From NCBI RefSeq assembly GCF_001194135.2, contig NC_068987.1, positions 83,029,870-83,093,869 of the forward strand: a DNA stretch of 64,000 nt, given 5' to 3'. Positions 48,656-61,870 of this stretch are shown one piece after another (position 1 is the first letter of the stretch; every line of letters begins with the position of its first letter). The stretch comes from Octopus bimaculoides. Its lineage: Eukaryota. The notes under the pieces are model-generated. The model saw only the letters and a list, made by a program, of their open reading frames with translations. It was not told where the DNA came from and did no database searches. The position numbers were made by a program, and so were the translations under genes.

Positions 48656-51110
48656 CACACACACACACACACACACACATACAAACACACTGGTCCAGCC
48701 TGATGTTTTTTCTTTTTTATTTTGTGTTCCTTTATGTTCCATAACTTAGTGGCCCAACAATTAGAGATTGTTAAAGTAGGTACCAGACTAAAATAAGTAC
48801 TGGAGTTGATATATCTGTGTAAACCTTTGGAGGCAGTGCCCCAGAATGGCTGCAGTCCAGTGACTAAAACCACTGTAAGAATTAAAGAATATATAGCAAC
48901 CAGATCAAAAGAGCTCTTTACATTATCTTCTGATGTGAATGAACAATAGATGAAAGAAAGGCAAAAATGTATTTCTCTGTTTCTGATAAGCTGTTAGGCA
49001 TTTTGCCAAGATAGGAATCAGACTGTCCATAATTACCAGAAATGTTTCAATTTAAAAATTTTAAGAAGATGCTTGAATTTCAACAAAAGATCAATAAAAC
49101 CAAATCATCAATCTAGATGAATCATCACTCGTTCAATTTTGCTTGTATTGTCTTAACGTTTTCTTGCTGATAACAAGTTAACAACATCTCTTGGTTTCCT
49201 TCTCTATCTTCAAGACAGGAGATAATATCATAAGAAAATAATTGAGCACAAATTCAGAGAGTAAGCTAGTTGGTTAAATTCTGGCCTGCAGATACCCAGA
49301 TAAAATTGGTCAGTTTGTTAATGATGTTCTTTAACTCCAGCCCAGCCTTGATTGAGCAGAGCTATGATCATAAACAGCCCAACCATGACACTCCCATCTG
49401 TTCTTTTCTTCTGCTGGCTAAATATATCTGGAAGTACATTATCCAATGTACCATCCCACTACCTTTTTTTTATATTTTCTTCTAGACACTAAGTGTAACC
49501 TGAGATCTCGCTGCCATTTCTAGATGGTTGTGAAGTAAATTAAGTGAGATAGGCTCTCCTAATTGTAAGGTTGATATTGATATCTAGCTTTAATTTTTGA
49601 AATTAAATGCATGGGAGAAATAAATCATCGTCATAATCATCATCACCACCATCATCATCATTTTAATGTCCGCTTTTCCATGCTTACCTGTTTTGGAACT
49701 GGAATCAAGCACATACCCACATGCACACGCAGAAATATACACGTATAGATTGAAAGAGAGGAAGACATTACAATTCATTAATTGATCATGATTGAAATAA
49801 ACACTTCCCCTCTTCTCATACACAGAAAGAAAAATATGCTCACACACGTAAACAGAGAGAGAGAGTGAATTTATCAACTAAATATGATTGGCATAAGTAC
49901 TTCGCTTCTCCTTTTACAAATCAAGTGAAATGTGCTGACAAACACAAACAGAGATGGATGGAGGGAGAGAACAAGAGGAACATTATTTGATGTGAAATAA
50001 GTTAGCATCAAACCAGCGACACCAGATCGGCATGGCACAGCTATTGTTGTACCAAAATGTCTCCTACCCTAGAAAACCCATCTGCTCCCCTGAACACGAC
50101 AGTCGCATGGTACCTCCTCTAACCAGGACTGTTTGACACATTCATTTCTCCTACTGTGTCTCACCGCACAAGTCCTGTGCTAACCAATTCGTCTGGTCCT
50201 TCCTTTGCAGAATGTCAACTCCCTGAAATTCTCTCTCCATCTACATTTTCCCAGTGAATGTCAAATTAGAGATGTTAAAGCTGAACTGTGCTGATCTCTA
50301 CGAATAGTCTTGGAGGTGCCGAAATGGCTGTTCCAGAACGCCTCATATCCTACACTCATGGCCTTTGCAGGTCTTCTGAGATCAGTTAAATTGATGTGGT
50401 TCATGTCCTTCTTGAACAGCTGCAAATTGATGGCTGCCAGAAAAATACATGGACAGAGAAGAAATTCTAGAAGGCTAACCTCCTGTGGAAGAAGGACTGG
50501 ATTAAATGGTTAATGGGATGGTGGGTAAACATGGTGAACTGGGTAACACAGGGTATAGATCAGCTAAGTGGGCCACAGTAGAGATGTCATGAGTTCCAAG
50601 TGCACGTGGGTCTTTTAACTGTGGTAGAAAAGCTAGTGAAGAGACAGCATGTATGCAGGTTAGTGGTTGGATTGTTGTTATCATCAATCCCTGGGAATTA
50701 TTGCCTCAATCCTAGGATTCATAGGGTCGGTTACTTAGTTTCCATTGTGTACAAATGACCAGTTGTTGTGCCAGTTTTTTTTCTTTTTGTTTTCCTTTTC
50801 TTTTTTTGACATACGGTATGTGTGTAGTAGCAGTAATATTTCATGTTAGAGTATTATTGTATTGTAATATTCCATATCAACATGTTTCCACATCTCAAAA
50901 ACCCTAAATTGTCAAAGAATTTTTTTCCCTTTCTGACATGCCATATTTACTGTATAAAGTTGATGTAAGTTAAATACATAAAAATATATATTTAAAAATA
51001 TATATTTTGTTTTGATAGGTGTTTACAGGATGAAACCTTTATTTAAGATATGTATAAAATGCATTTTTTATGTTTGGAAAAGAATATATGTTTCTTTTGT
51101 ACCTTTCTAG

Positions 51111-51171
51111 GTTATGGTCAGGTGATTTGCAGAAAATCCTCTTGCTTGAAAAATCTTCTTGCCTTATTCAG
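51111..51171 (+). CDS. TERB1: TERB1 exon: YGQVICRKSSCLKNLLALF(R)
   Basis: Acceptor tttcttttgtacctttctag|, donor |gtatgt, 61 nt, phase 1 to 2, exactly bridging its neighbours. Parallels recalled human TGQTLVRETGCITVLSRLFR. Confidence 0.88.
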
Positions 51172-54100
51172 GTATGTTTTGATCATTTTGCATTTTTTTT
51201 ATGGAGACTTGAAAAATAAACTTTGTAAAAAGAATGTACAAAATATTTCTGCTAAAAATGTGTTTCAGTTAAAGAATTGGTTTCATTAATAGTTTAATCA
51301 GTCATCATCATCATCATCATTTTAATGTCTGCTTTTCCATGCTTGCATGGGTTGGACAGAATTTATTGAGGTAGATCATCTACAGCTGGATGCTCTTTCT
51401 GTCGCCAACGTTTACCTGTTTCCAAGCAAGGTAATATTTTCCCATGATCAGACGTATTGTTAAAGAATATTGGAATATTTCCCTTGCAGAATATTGGTAA
51501 TATTTCCCTTGGCCACACATTTTCACAGAATTTTGGAAATGAATGCCACTACATGTATGACTGTGAAAATCATTTCACAACTATCTTTACATTCCGAGTT
51601 CAAATTCCGTCGAGGTCGACTTTGACTTTCATCCTTTCGGAGTCGATAAATTAAGTACCAGTTGCGTACTAGGGTCAATCTAATCAACTGCCCGTCCCCC
51701 TTGAAATTTCGTGCCTCGTGCCTACATTAGAAGTGAATCATTTCACAACTATCACACTATGTAAAGACAAAGAGACACAAACATACAAACACTGATTCAC
51801 ATACATACACAGTGGACTTTTTTTCAGTTTCTGTCTAGCAAATCCATTCACAAGTCTTTAGTCTGTCCGGGGCTATTGTAGCTAATGCTTTGATTTACTG
51901 TTTTGGAGATCTACCATTGTAGTCTGGACCATCTTGGCAGTTGCTTAATCTGTAGCTTTTAATTTGGCTCCTTCTAAAATGACTGAATGCTTGTGCTTAA
52001 GCAAACAGAATTATATTAAAATATTGATTGAGACGAAAATTACCAGGGATGGCCTCTACGTGAAAAACATATTGTTACAGATTTAATGTAATGAGCCCAA
52101 ACAGTTTAATTTAAAATGGCATTTGTAGTGAGGAGAGAAATCTTTAGCTTTAATCATTAATTCTGATCATAAAAGGCAAGGGAGACAACTCTGAAATCTG
52201 AATTAAAAATTGAATGGAGGCATGGAGAAGGAGAGTGAATCTGATCTTTACAAAATGAGCATGTTATCGTCTCTCTTTAACTTGAAATCTGGTATATTGT
52301 CCTCTTCTAATCCAGTTGATGCCATCTACTATTTATCTTTCGTCTATGGAATCAGTTATGTCCAATCAAGGTTGAGCATACAGCTGCATTTATGTGAGAG
52401 TGTTTGTGTTTCCTTGTCTTGACATTGCATGGTTCTTGTAAATGAATGTCATTCACATTTGATACTCAGCTGGAACACGTCTGTCCATGGGGAGATATAT
52501 TACCTTGCTTGAAAGCTGGTAAGGGTTGGCAACAGCAATGACATCCAGCCATAGAAAATCTGCTTCAATAAACTTTGTCCGGCCTATTCATCATCATCAT
52601 CATCATCATCATCATTGTTTAATGTCCATCTGCCATGCATGCATGGATAGGACAGTTGACAGGAGCCAGACAGGTAGAAAAACTACCCTGGGCTATTGTG
52701 TCTGTTTTAGCAGGGGTTTTACAGCTGGATGCCCTTCCTAACACCAACCACTCTGCAGAGTGGACTCAGTGCTTTTTATGTGGCACTAGCACAGGCGAGG
52801 TTAGTTTTGGCTGGATGCCCTTCCAAACGCCAACCATGATGTATGTATGTTCAAGCATGGAAAAGTGGACATTAAAACAGTGATAAAATGCAATTTATTT
52901 CTTGAAAGAAATATAGTTAAAAAAGGTCTAAAGGATCCTGCTTTTCACAGATCTTTGCCTGTGCCTATCCTCTACTCAAAATTACAAACCCTTTGTAGAT
53001 GCTCTCCTTGTCACAACTCTTTCTAAATATGGCATCAAGCTGTCATTTAGTTACAAGGATCATTGTCTCATGGTTCTGTCCTTTTGATGTCTTGTAAACA
53101 ACTCGCACATGCAAGTGCTACCAGTTGAGGACTCCGCATACCGGAAGCCAGCAAGTGTATGGGGTCATCAGGAGATAATGCGCGCCGTTTCGGGGTCTAC
53201 CTCTCGACAGCATCAATGCGCACCGGCCCCCCTCACTGATATGAGACCCCGCTTGCTAGATCAACTGGTTATTAAAAACAAAGCTCAGTATTTCTCTAGC
53301 CATCGCTCNNNNNNNNNNTGAGACCCCGCTTGCTAGATCAACTGGTTATTAAAAACAAAGCTCAGTATTTCTCTAGCCATCGCTCATCGTCTCTTTTTAA
53401 CCAAATCCAGTGGCTAGCCTTCTCCACTGTATTTTGGATATCGGTCATGGTGGTATTTACCTTACGATGAGTTAGGCCTAACGATGTTAGATCCAACATT
53501 AATTCAACTTCATGAACCCAAGATTATTCCATGTCAATTATGAATGTCTTTCATCTTACCTACCTCCTGTTTTATTTCATAATCACATTTATTTCTTCAA
53601 AAAATTATTATGTTTTGGTGATATAAATTTCTGTTTAAGGAGTTTTAACTTGCAAAGATTCTTTTTCAAATGCTTTTAGAGTGTGTAGCATAAAATTTTA
53701 ATATATACAACTCAGCTGCACAAGCATAAAATGAAATTAATGTTGAACTTAGTTCTTTAAAATATCCAAACTTGGTTGACATTCTCTTAAAGGGATTAAT
53801 TCTGGATTTGCCTTTAAACGTGCATGAATAAATAAAATTCGTTTTAGTATAATCTTTATCCTCATTAAAATTTCAATGTCGGAATGACAATTCATGCTTG
53901 AAGCTATGACTTTATGTTCTTATATTTCTTATTTAAATTTCCTGTTTGTTAAATGAAATCCATACAAAAGATGTGTTTGTGATAGGTGATTCATAATAGA
54001 TATTAGAGACATGCAGAATTAATTAAAACTATATTATCTATAAAATTATGCTAATTTTTTTTTATTACCATTTTAGAAATTTAAACTATGAATGTTCATT

Positions 54101-54297
54101 ATTTGAATCTTCTTGGAGAAAATAGTTTCAGCAACTTATATGCAGTAATGCAAATAAGGTTTGGGGATTGGAATTGCATGGCTGTTTCGAGAAGCATCTT
54201 ATTCTAAAGCCCTTAGCTGACCAATGTTTTGTCAGGAGATCTCATGGATGGAAATTGTGTAGAGCTCATTGTGTGTGTGTGTGTGTGTGTAAATATG

Positions 54298-54985
54298 TCT
54301 TTTACTCTTTTACTTGTTGCAGTCATTTGACTGTGGCCATGCTGGAGCACCGCCTTTAATCGAGCAAATCGACCCCGGGACTTATTCTTTGTAAGCCTAG
54401 TACTTATTCTATCGGTCTCTTTTGCTGAACCGCTAAGTGATGGGGACATGAGCACGCCAGCATCAGTTGTCGAGCAATGCTAGGGGGCAAACACAGACAC
54501 ACAAACACACACACACATATATATATACATATATACGACAGGCTTCTTTCAGTTTCTGTCTACCAAATCCACTCACAAAGCTTTGGTCGGCCCGATGCTA
54601 TAGTAGAAGACACTTGCCCAAGGTGCCACGCATTGGGACTGAACTCGGAACCATGTGGTTGGTAAGCAAGCTACTTACCACACAGCCACTCCTGCACCTA
54701 TATATGTATATGTATTCTTCTATTTGTTTCAGCCATGCAGCTGTAGTCATGCTGGAGCACCACCAGGAAATATGTGTGCATGTTTTTGTGTGTTTTTCCC
54801 TACCACCACTTGGCAACCAGTGTTGGGTTGTTTACATCCCTGTAACTTAATTAACAGTTTAGCAAAAGAGACTGAGAGAATAAGAACCAGGCTTAAAAAT
54901 AAGTCCTGGAGTTGATTTATTCGACTAAACCCTTCAGAGCGATGCCACAGCATGGCCACGGTTCAATGACGGAAACAAGTAAAAA
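54298..54985. mobile_element. Inverted pair of family A SINEs (54298-54700 -, 54770-54985 +)
   Basis: The tail segments are reverse complements of each other, about 400 nt apart. Confidence 0.85.
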
Positions 54986-55378
54986 AAATGCTATGCCCAG
55001 AAATTATATTTGGGGAATCACTGACAGTTCTATAAGGGACAAGGAAAGTAACTTTTTGACAACCTTTTTACTTTGTAATTTAGTCTTAAATATACCTGAG
55101 AATCGTCTAATATATTTCATATCCCAGACCTTAAAAAAAGTTCATTGCTGTCATGTCAGTATATGAATTTAATATTCATAACAGCTCTTGCTTTTGTTGA
55201 AGATTCAAGCTTAAAGGAACTCCTCGCTACACATGATTTCTGTGCAGCCCTATGTACAAGGTTACAACTTCACAATATTTAATCACAGGGACCTTAATAG
55301 TGACCTACAATTCTAACGAAGGAGTCATACCCAATGACTGATGTAGCAGCACCATAATCAAGTACTACAAAGGTAAAA

Positions 55379-56460
55379 GTGATGCATTAGATACAAATAA
55401 TTACAGAAGTATCAAGTTGTTGGATCAGGTAATGAAGGTCATGGAGAAGGTCATAGCCCAACTAATTAGGGAGAGAGTCAGTTTAGATGAGATGCTACAT
55501 GGCAGTGAAACATGGGCTGTGACTGCTGAGGACATGTGTAAGCTTGCAAGGAATGAAGCCAGTATGCTCTGCTGGATGTGTAATGTCAGTGTGCATACTA
55601 GACAGAGTGTAAGTGCCTTGAGAGAAAAGTTGGACCTAAGAAGCATCAGATGTGGTGTGCAAGAGAGACAATTGTGCTGGTATGGTCATGTGGCGAGAAT
55701 GGATGAGGTTAGCTGTGTGAAAAAGTGCCACACCCTAGCAGTTGAGGGAACCTGTGGAAGAGGTAGACCCAGGAAGATCTGGGATGAGGTGGTGGAGCAC
55801 GACCTCGACCTTCGAACATTGGGCCTCACCAAGGCAATGACCAGTGACCGAGACCTTTGGAAATATGCTGTGCTTGAGAAGACCTGACAAGTCAACTGAG
55901 ACCATAACCTGTGGCCTATGCCAGAGGTGTAACCAGCCCACTTATGCATACCTTTCCTTCATTGGACACTAAACTCTGCTTGTGAAGACCTGTTGAGGCA
56001 AGTGAAACCGAAATCAAATTCTATGACTGACATCCGTGCTTGTGGAGCTCTGAGAGCACCATCTGAGTGTGATTGTTGCCAGAGCAGTTGACTGACTTCC
56101 ATGCCAGTGGCACGTAAAAAGCACCATTCGAGCGTGATCGTTACCAGCGTCACCTTACTGGCACTTGTGCCGGTGGAACATGAAAAAATATTTGAGCAAA
56201 GTTGTTGTCAGTGCTACTGGAATGGCTCCTGTGTAGGTGGCATGTAAAAAACACCATTTGAGCATGGCCGTTGCAAATACTGCCTTACTGGCACGTAAAA
56301 GCACCCACTACACTCTTGGAGTGGTTGGCGTTAAGAAGGGCATCCAGCTGTAGAAACTCTGCCAGATCAGATTGGAGCCTGGTGCAGCCATCTGGTTCGC
56401 CAGTCCTCAGTCAAATCATCCAACCCATGCCAGCATGGAAAGTGGACGTTAGACGATAAA
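55379..56460 (+). mobile_element. RTE-clade LINE fragment: ORF2 C-terminus plus 3' UTR, RT core deleted
   Basis: Track ORF 55417..55887 contains LHGSETW, RNEASMLCWMCNV, QLCWYGHVARM and GRGRPRKIW, typical of the RTE ORF2 C-terminus. It is followed by the 3' UTR found in many copies in this window. Confidence 0.9.
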
Positions 56461-57624
56461 TTGTATCAGACTGCCAGAAGGGAAGCTAGGAGACATGATG
56501 ATGATGTGTATTTGTGTGTCTGTGTTCGCCCCCCACCATCGCTTGACAACTGATGCTGGTGTGTTTACGTCCCCGTAACATAGTGGTTCGGCATAAGAGA
56601 CCGATAGAATAAGTACTAGGCTTACAAAGAATAAGTCCTGGGGTTCATTTGCTCGACTAAAGGCAGTGCTCCAGCATGGCTTCAGTCGAATGACTGAAAC
56701 AAGTAAAAATGAAAAAAGAAATAAAAATAAAAATACCTTAATGTTTGAAAAGAGACTGAGGTAGGTGGTAAAGAAACAATTTAAAGTGTTCAAGGATTCA
56801 ATAAATTGCTTGTGTATAAGATTTGGTTGTTAAAGGCCCTCTATATTTCATGTAAAATATTGCTAGGATGCTGAAAGAAAATTATTGATTAGAAAGAACT
56901 TCCGTCTGTTTTATATATATATGTGTGATTTTTAATGAAGCCAAAAAATGTATAATTTGTGTTAATTACTTGGCTATAATATATTAAGATAATAAAGTAG
57001 CTTTTAAATGATTTATGCTCTTCATTAGCACTTACTCTTCTAAATAAAATTTTGTAATTGGAGATCAATCAGATCAGTGCTTTTTTTTTTTTTTTTCAAA
57101 TTACATTATTGATCTATGATTCTGTTAGCACCATTCTCTTTAATTCAGATTTCATTTGATGAGAAATTAATTGCTACTGCCAAAAATATGCAGCTCTCAA
57201 TTCAATACAGTTGTCATCGTATGCAAATGCAATAAAATATAGATTACGGAAACTGTTACATTTCAAACAACAATTACAGCAGCAATACACACAATAAATA
57301 GATTAATGCTGTCTGTTGTAGGCACAAAACCAGAAATTTAGTAGGAAGATACTGTTGACTGTATCAACAGCAATCTCTTCTCTTCTTTATCCTTTCTCTT
57401 CAGATGGAGCGTAGATCATTGATGACTTTTCTCCACTATTATCCACTCTGGATCATTTCTGCTTTTTCAACTCTGCCTCAGTATTACACCTTCAGCTACT
57501 TTTATTGTGTCCTCTCTTCTGCCTCCCTTGAGGATTCTAGGTTAGGGCTTATGTTTCTCTGAGGTTTTCTTGGTTTTGAATTGTTATCACTGCTTCTATA
57601 TATATGTATATATATTTTTTCTAG

Positions 57625-58025
57625 GTATGGTTGTTGGCGCAAATATAATCATTTACCAACAGATGCTTGTGTAGTATACTTAAAATCAGATGGCCCGAAC
57701 ACATAAGCAATGTGGAGCTATGGCAAAAAACAAACCAAGTTTCGATTAGGGACCAAATATTTAAGAAAAAGTGGAAGTGGATTGGTAGCACAATTAGAAA
57801 AGACACACCAAATGTAACGGAAAGTGCTTTACAGTGGTATCCGGATGGATATAGAAAGAGGGGTGGGCCTAAGAACTCATGGTGTAGATCAACACAAAAG
57901 GAACTAGAGAAAGGGGGACATTCATGACAGAGTATAAGTACAGAAGCGAAAAATTATGCGACATAGAATTCAATTATAAGTGGCCTATACTCCGCGTTGG
58001 AGGGTTAAAGGCAAGAGGAAGGAGA
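57625..58025 (+). mobile_element. Second RTE-type LINE family, ORF2 C-terminal remnant
   Basis: Track ORF 57667..57927 reads ILKIRWPEHISNVELWQKT...KWKWIG..IRK...ALQWYPDGYRKRGGPKNSW. Confidence 0.8.
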
Positions 58026-58329
58026 AAAAACGCTCTATACAAACCCATTTTTACCTCAAGGAAGACACAGTCCATATCAATTTAGCCTCTGTTCTTTGAC
58101 CTGTCCTGCTTGAGAACCCCTATGAGGAGCCTGCATTCTGCCGGCTTGGTCCTCAGGGTCATTGAGATGCACAAGCCCCGACACCACAGCAAAGACTAAA
58201 CCTTGTGGTGGACTAACAACAATATTTGTCTGAAGCTTCAACAAGTCTGTCAGTGTACCTTACAACGATGCTAATAACATGGCTAGATAGACAACTTGGT
58301 GATGGTGGTGGTGGTAAACCTCATACTTC

Positions 58330-58600
58330 CAGGCCAGACTGATTCTTCATCTGCGAGAAAGAAGAATGCCTACCACAGAAATCTAGTTGCATAGAGGAAC
58401 TCATTGCGTTTCAGGTTATGGTCCACACTAAATGACCACCATGGTGACCTACATTCAGAAACTGCCAATATATGTTCAAGTTGCAATGGAAGTTCACATG
58501 AGGTCTTTCACTGCATGACTGATTCTACTAATCTAAATAGAACAGACCTATGGAACAATCTTAGGAAAGTATCTATACATTCGGATAATCCCATGAATGG
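58330..58600 (+). mobile_element. Possible non-LTR retrotransposon C-terminal CCHC remnant
   Basis: Track ORF 58404..58610 reads LRFRLWSTLND...NICSSCNGSSHEVFHC...TNLNRTDLWNN, resembling the LRSG..LN / CP.C...H...H.F.C / DLW..P tail of I/R1-group LINEs. Confidence 0.4.
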
Positions 58601-58938
58601 TAGAAAGTAGTATCTGGCCTGACGTATGCAAAAGAAATCACTCATGTGTCTGGCTTTGTATAATCTAAATGTGCCTGCAGTGTATGGCAAATCATAAACA
58701 GATTGAAGAATCTATTGGTCTGAGTATTTGCTGTCTAAGATAATGTGGAATGTTCTCTGCAGACAATGGTCTTGGTAAATCTCTTCCATAAAATAATATC
58801 AATGGGTTATTTATTACTAATTTCCCAGTCACACACTTTTACTTGAGATTCTAAAATTCAAGAAAACCTAAAAGAAGAATTAAATTAAATAACTGATTTT
58901 GCAAATTTCTTTTTTTCTTTTTTGCTTTCTTTCTACAG

Positions 58939-59060
58939 ATCAATAACAGACAAGAAGACAAAGGAAAGAGACATTTTGGAAAATGCCATTGTACAGAATG
59001 TCGAGCTTCTTGTTATTGTCTGCAATGCAATATGTACTTGTGTAAATAATCCAAGAAACA
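58939..59060 (+). CDS. TERB1: TERB1 exon: SITDKKTKERDILENAIVQNVELLVIVCNAICTCVNNPRN
   Basis: Acceptor tttgctttctttctacag|, donor |gtgagt, 122 nt, phase 2 to 1. Its VCNAICTCVNNPRN matches recalled human VCSTLCVCVNNPQN. It lies inside track ORF 58922..59209. Confidence 0.9.
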
Positions 59061-59092
59061 GTGAGTTTTGCATTTTTAAACAGTTTATGTAT

Positions 59093-59797
59093 AGGTGCAG
59101 GTATGGCAGTGTGGTAAAGAGTTTGCTTCTCAACCACATAGTTCTAGGTTCAATCCTACTGCTGGGCATCTTGGGCAAGTGTCTTCCAGGGCCGACCAAA
59201 GCCTTGTGAATGGATTTTGTAGACAGAAACTGAAAGAAGCCTGTTGTATATGTATATAAGAATTTATGGTCGAATGAAATGACCCCGGTACATTTTTCTT
59301 TTTAAACATGGTCCTTATTCTATTGATCTCTTTTGTTGAACCTCTAAGTCACAAGTACAAACATGGGCACAAAGACACACTCACACACACATTCACATAT
59401 ATATATATATTCTTTTATTCTTTATTCTTTTACTTGTTTCAGTCATTTGACTGCGGCCATGCTGGAGCACTGCCTTTAGTTGAGCAAATTGACCCCAGGA
59501 CTTATTCTTTGTAAGCCTACTACTTATTCTATCAGTCTTTTTTGTTGAACCGCTAAGTTATGGGGACGTGAACATACCAGCATTGGTTGTCAAGCGATGT
59601 TGGAGGGACAAACACAGACACACAATCACACACACACACACACACTCATGTATATGATGGGCTTCTTTCAGTTTCACAAGGCTTTGGTCGGCCTGAGGCT
59701 ATATTAAAAGACACTTCCCCAAGGTAACACACAGTGGGACTGAACCCAGAACCATGTGGTTGGTAAGCAAGCTACTTATCACACAGCTACTCCTGTG

Positions 59798-59836
<39 letters not shown>

Positions 59837-60150
59837 CAGGCTTCTTCCAGTTTCCATCTACCAAATCCACTCACAAGGCTGTGGTCAGCCTGAGGCGATA
59901 GTAGAAGACACTTGTCCAAGGTGCCATGCAGTTGGACTGAACCCAGGACCATGTGGTTGGGAAGCAAGCTTCTTACCACACAGTCACACCTGCATATATT
60001 TATGTCCCCATAATTTAGTAGCTTAGTATAAGGGACCAATAGAATAAATACCAGGCTTAAAAAAAAATAGGTGCTGAGGTCAAGTCCTGTGACTAAAAAC
60101 ACTTAAAGGCGGTGCCCCAGCATGGCCACAGTCCCATGACTGAAAATTCC
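59093..60150. mobile_element. Cluster of family A SINE pieces in both orientations immediately after TERB1 exon 58939-59060
   Basis: + head at 59093-59255, - copies at 59290-59995 and + tail at 59995-60150. Confidence 0.8.
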
Positions 60151-61639
60151 CACCTAAAAGTTTTCAGAATTGCTGATATCGCCAGGGGAAAAAGGGTTTC
60201 CAATTTAGTTGTATTTAGCATAATTTCACTTATGATTGAATTTTCATTAAATAAAAATAATTTCTGTTTAACAGGCATCACATTGAAAGCTATTAAATTA
60301 CAAAGTGTTTGTGTTGTTTATCATAAACTTTATTTTACATTTCTTGCCCACAAGGGATTATGTCCGATCTTTAGCATACTGCTGTATGTCTTCTCAAATC
60401 ATGATCACAGGGAAAGTTGTTGATAAAAATTACCAACAAAAACAAAGCTGATAAATATGCACAGGTACTGAAAATTAAGTTTAATTACCAATAAGCATCA
60501 GCTTGGATGACACTTTACTCAACCGACAGAGGAAGGTGACCAATCAAACTGATTATGTAAATAGAATTCTTTTCTGCTTATTCTTGTCGGAACCTTTGAT
60601 AACAGAGTATCAACATTTTTATCCCTTTCACACTTATAAAATGTCAAGCAAATTTAAAAGTTTGTCATTACCATTATTGCCAATATGAGCAGAACTTATG
60701 AGTCGTTTACTGCAAAGGAGAAATTAAATATGTGCTCCATTGCGATAGGTAGAAACTCCAAGCAATGTAAAATATGGCCCGGACTGTGTTTACCAGCATG
60801 AATGTCAGACTTGGAAAACCAGTTAACCATTTAATGGTTTTAGTAAATTTATACAGAAAAAGTAAGCATTTATACAGAATTTATACAGAAAAAGTAATAC
60901 TGTCCAGCATAAATAAAAGTCAACTTCATTATGGAAATTTAAGCCATTATTTTTTCTGTAAAAACCTTTTCTGACATTAAATGAGTCAACTTCTGCTACA
61001 AATTTTTATGTTTTGTAAGTCTTTTAGCAAAAAAAAAAAAAAAAAAAAAATTCAAAAGATATTCCGGAAACTATCTACTCATGTAATTTACACACCCACT
61101 AAAGCTTATTTCTATTTTTGCGTAAAAAAAGTGTATAAATTACATGGGTTTTTATGGTATGTGTTATATACAAGTTATCTTGATTCACCGTAATTACTGT
61201 TTCTGTATTTTCAAATCGAGTTATTCCCACTGCAGTAATGCTGGAATGAAATCTCAACATATTTGATTTTACTGATTCATTCTCACTCTCTCTTCTCAAT
61301 GTCTTCTACAAGAACCTTCTTTGCCCCACTCACTCCTTTTATCCCTTTTATTCTCATCTAGCATAAAGCCCTCTCCCCTCTTTTTTTTTTTGGCTTTGCA
61401 GTCTTGCAAGCCACATGGTGACCTCTCTTGTGCCAGTGGCAAGAAAGAAGACCCAGTACACTCTGTAAAGAAGTTGGCATTAGGAAGGGCATCCAGCCAT
61501 AGAAACGATGCCAAAATGGACATTAGAGCTCATCATAGTCTTCCACTTGTTGAATCCTGTCAAACAGTCTGTCCCATGCCAGCATGGAACATTTAAATGA
61601 TGATGATGATTATATATGTTCTTGTGTATACCATTGTCT

Positions 61640-61870
61640 AGACATCGCATGATGGTTGTAAATGAGTATCATTGTTATACAAGCAAGGTTGTTTGTTTTC
61701 CATCTTCCATGGACTGCATGCCAAGGCTTGGGGAATATTACTTTACTTAGAATCAATTGAGGGTTGGTGACAGGAAAGGCATCCAGCCATAGAAAATCTG
61801 CCTCAACAAAATCTGTCTGAGCTATGCAAACATGGCAAAGTGCATGTTAGATGATGATGATGATGATGAT
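61640..61870 (+). mobile_element. Short interspersed repeat (family G) ending in the RTE-like tail and (GAT)n
   Basis: ggaaaggcatccagccatagaaa...atgttagatgatgatg. Related copies lie at 52430-52595 (+), 51300-51455 (-) and 13310-13420 (-). Confidence 0.7.

Noticed and set aside
53160-53252. CTGATGA and GACCCC-GAAA motifs on the minus strand
   Set aside because: Their order and pairing do not satisfy type I, II or III hammerhead topology.
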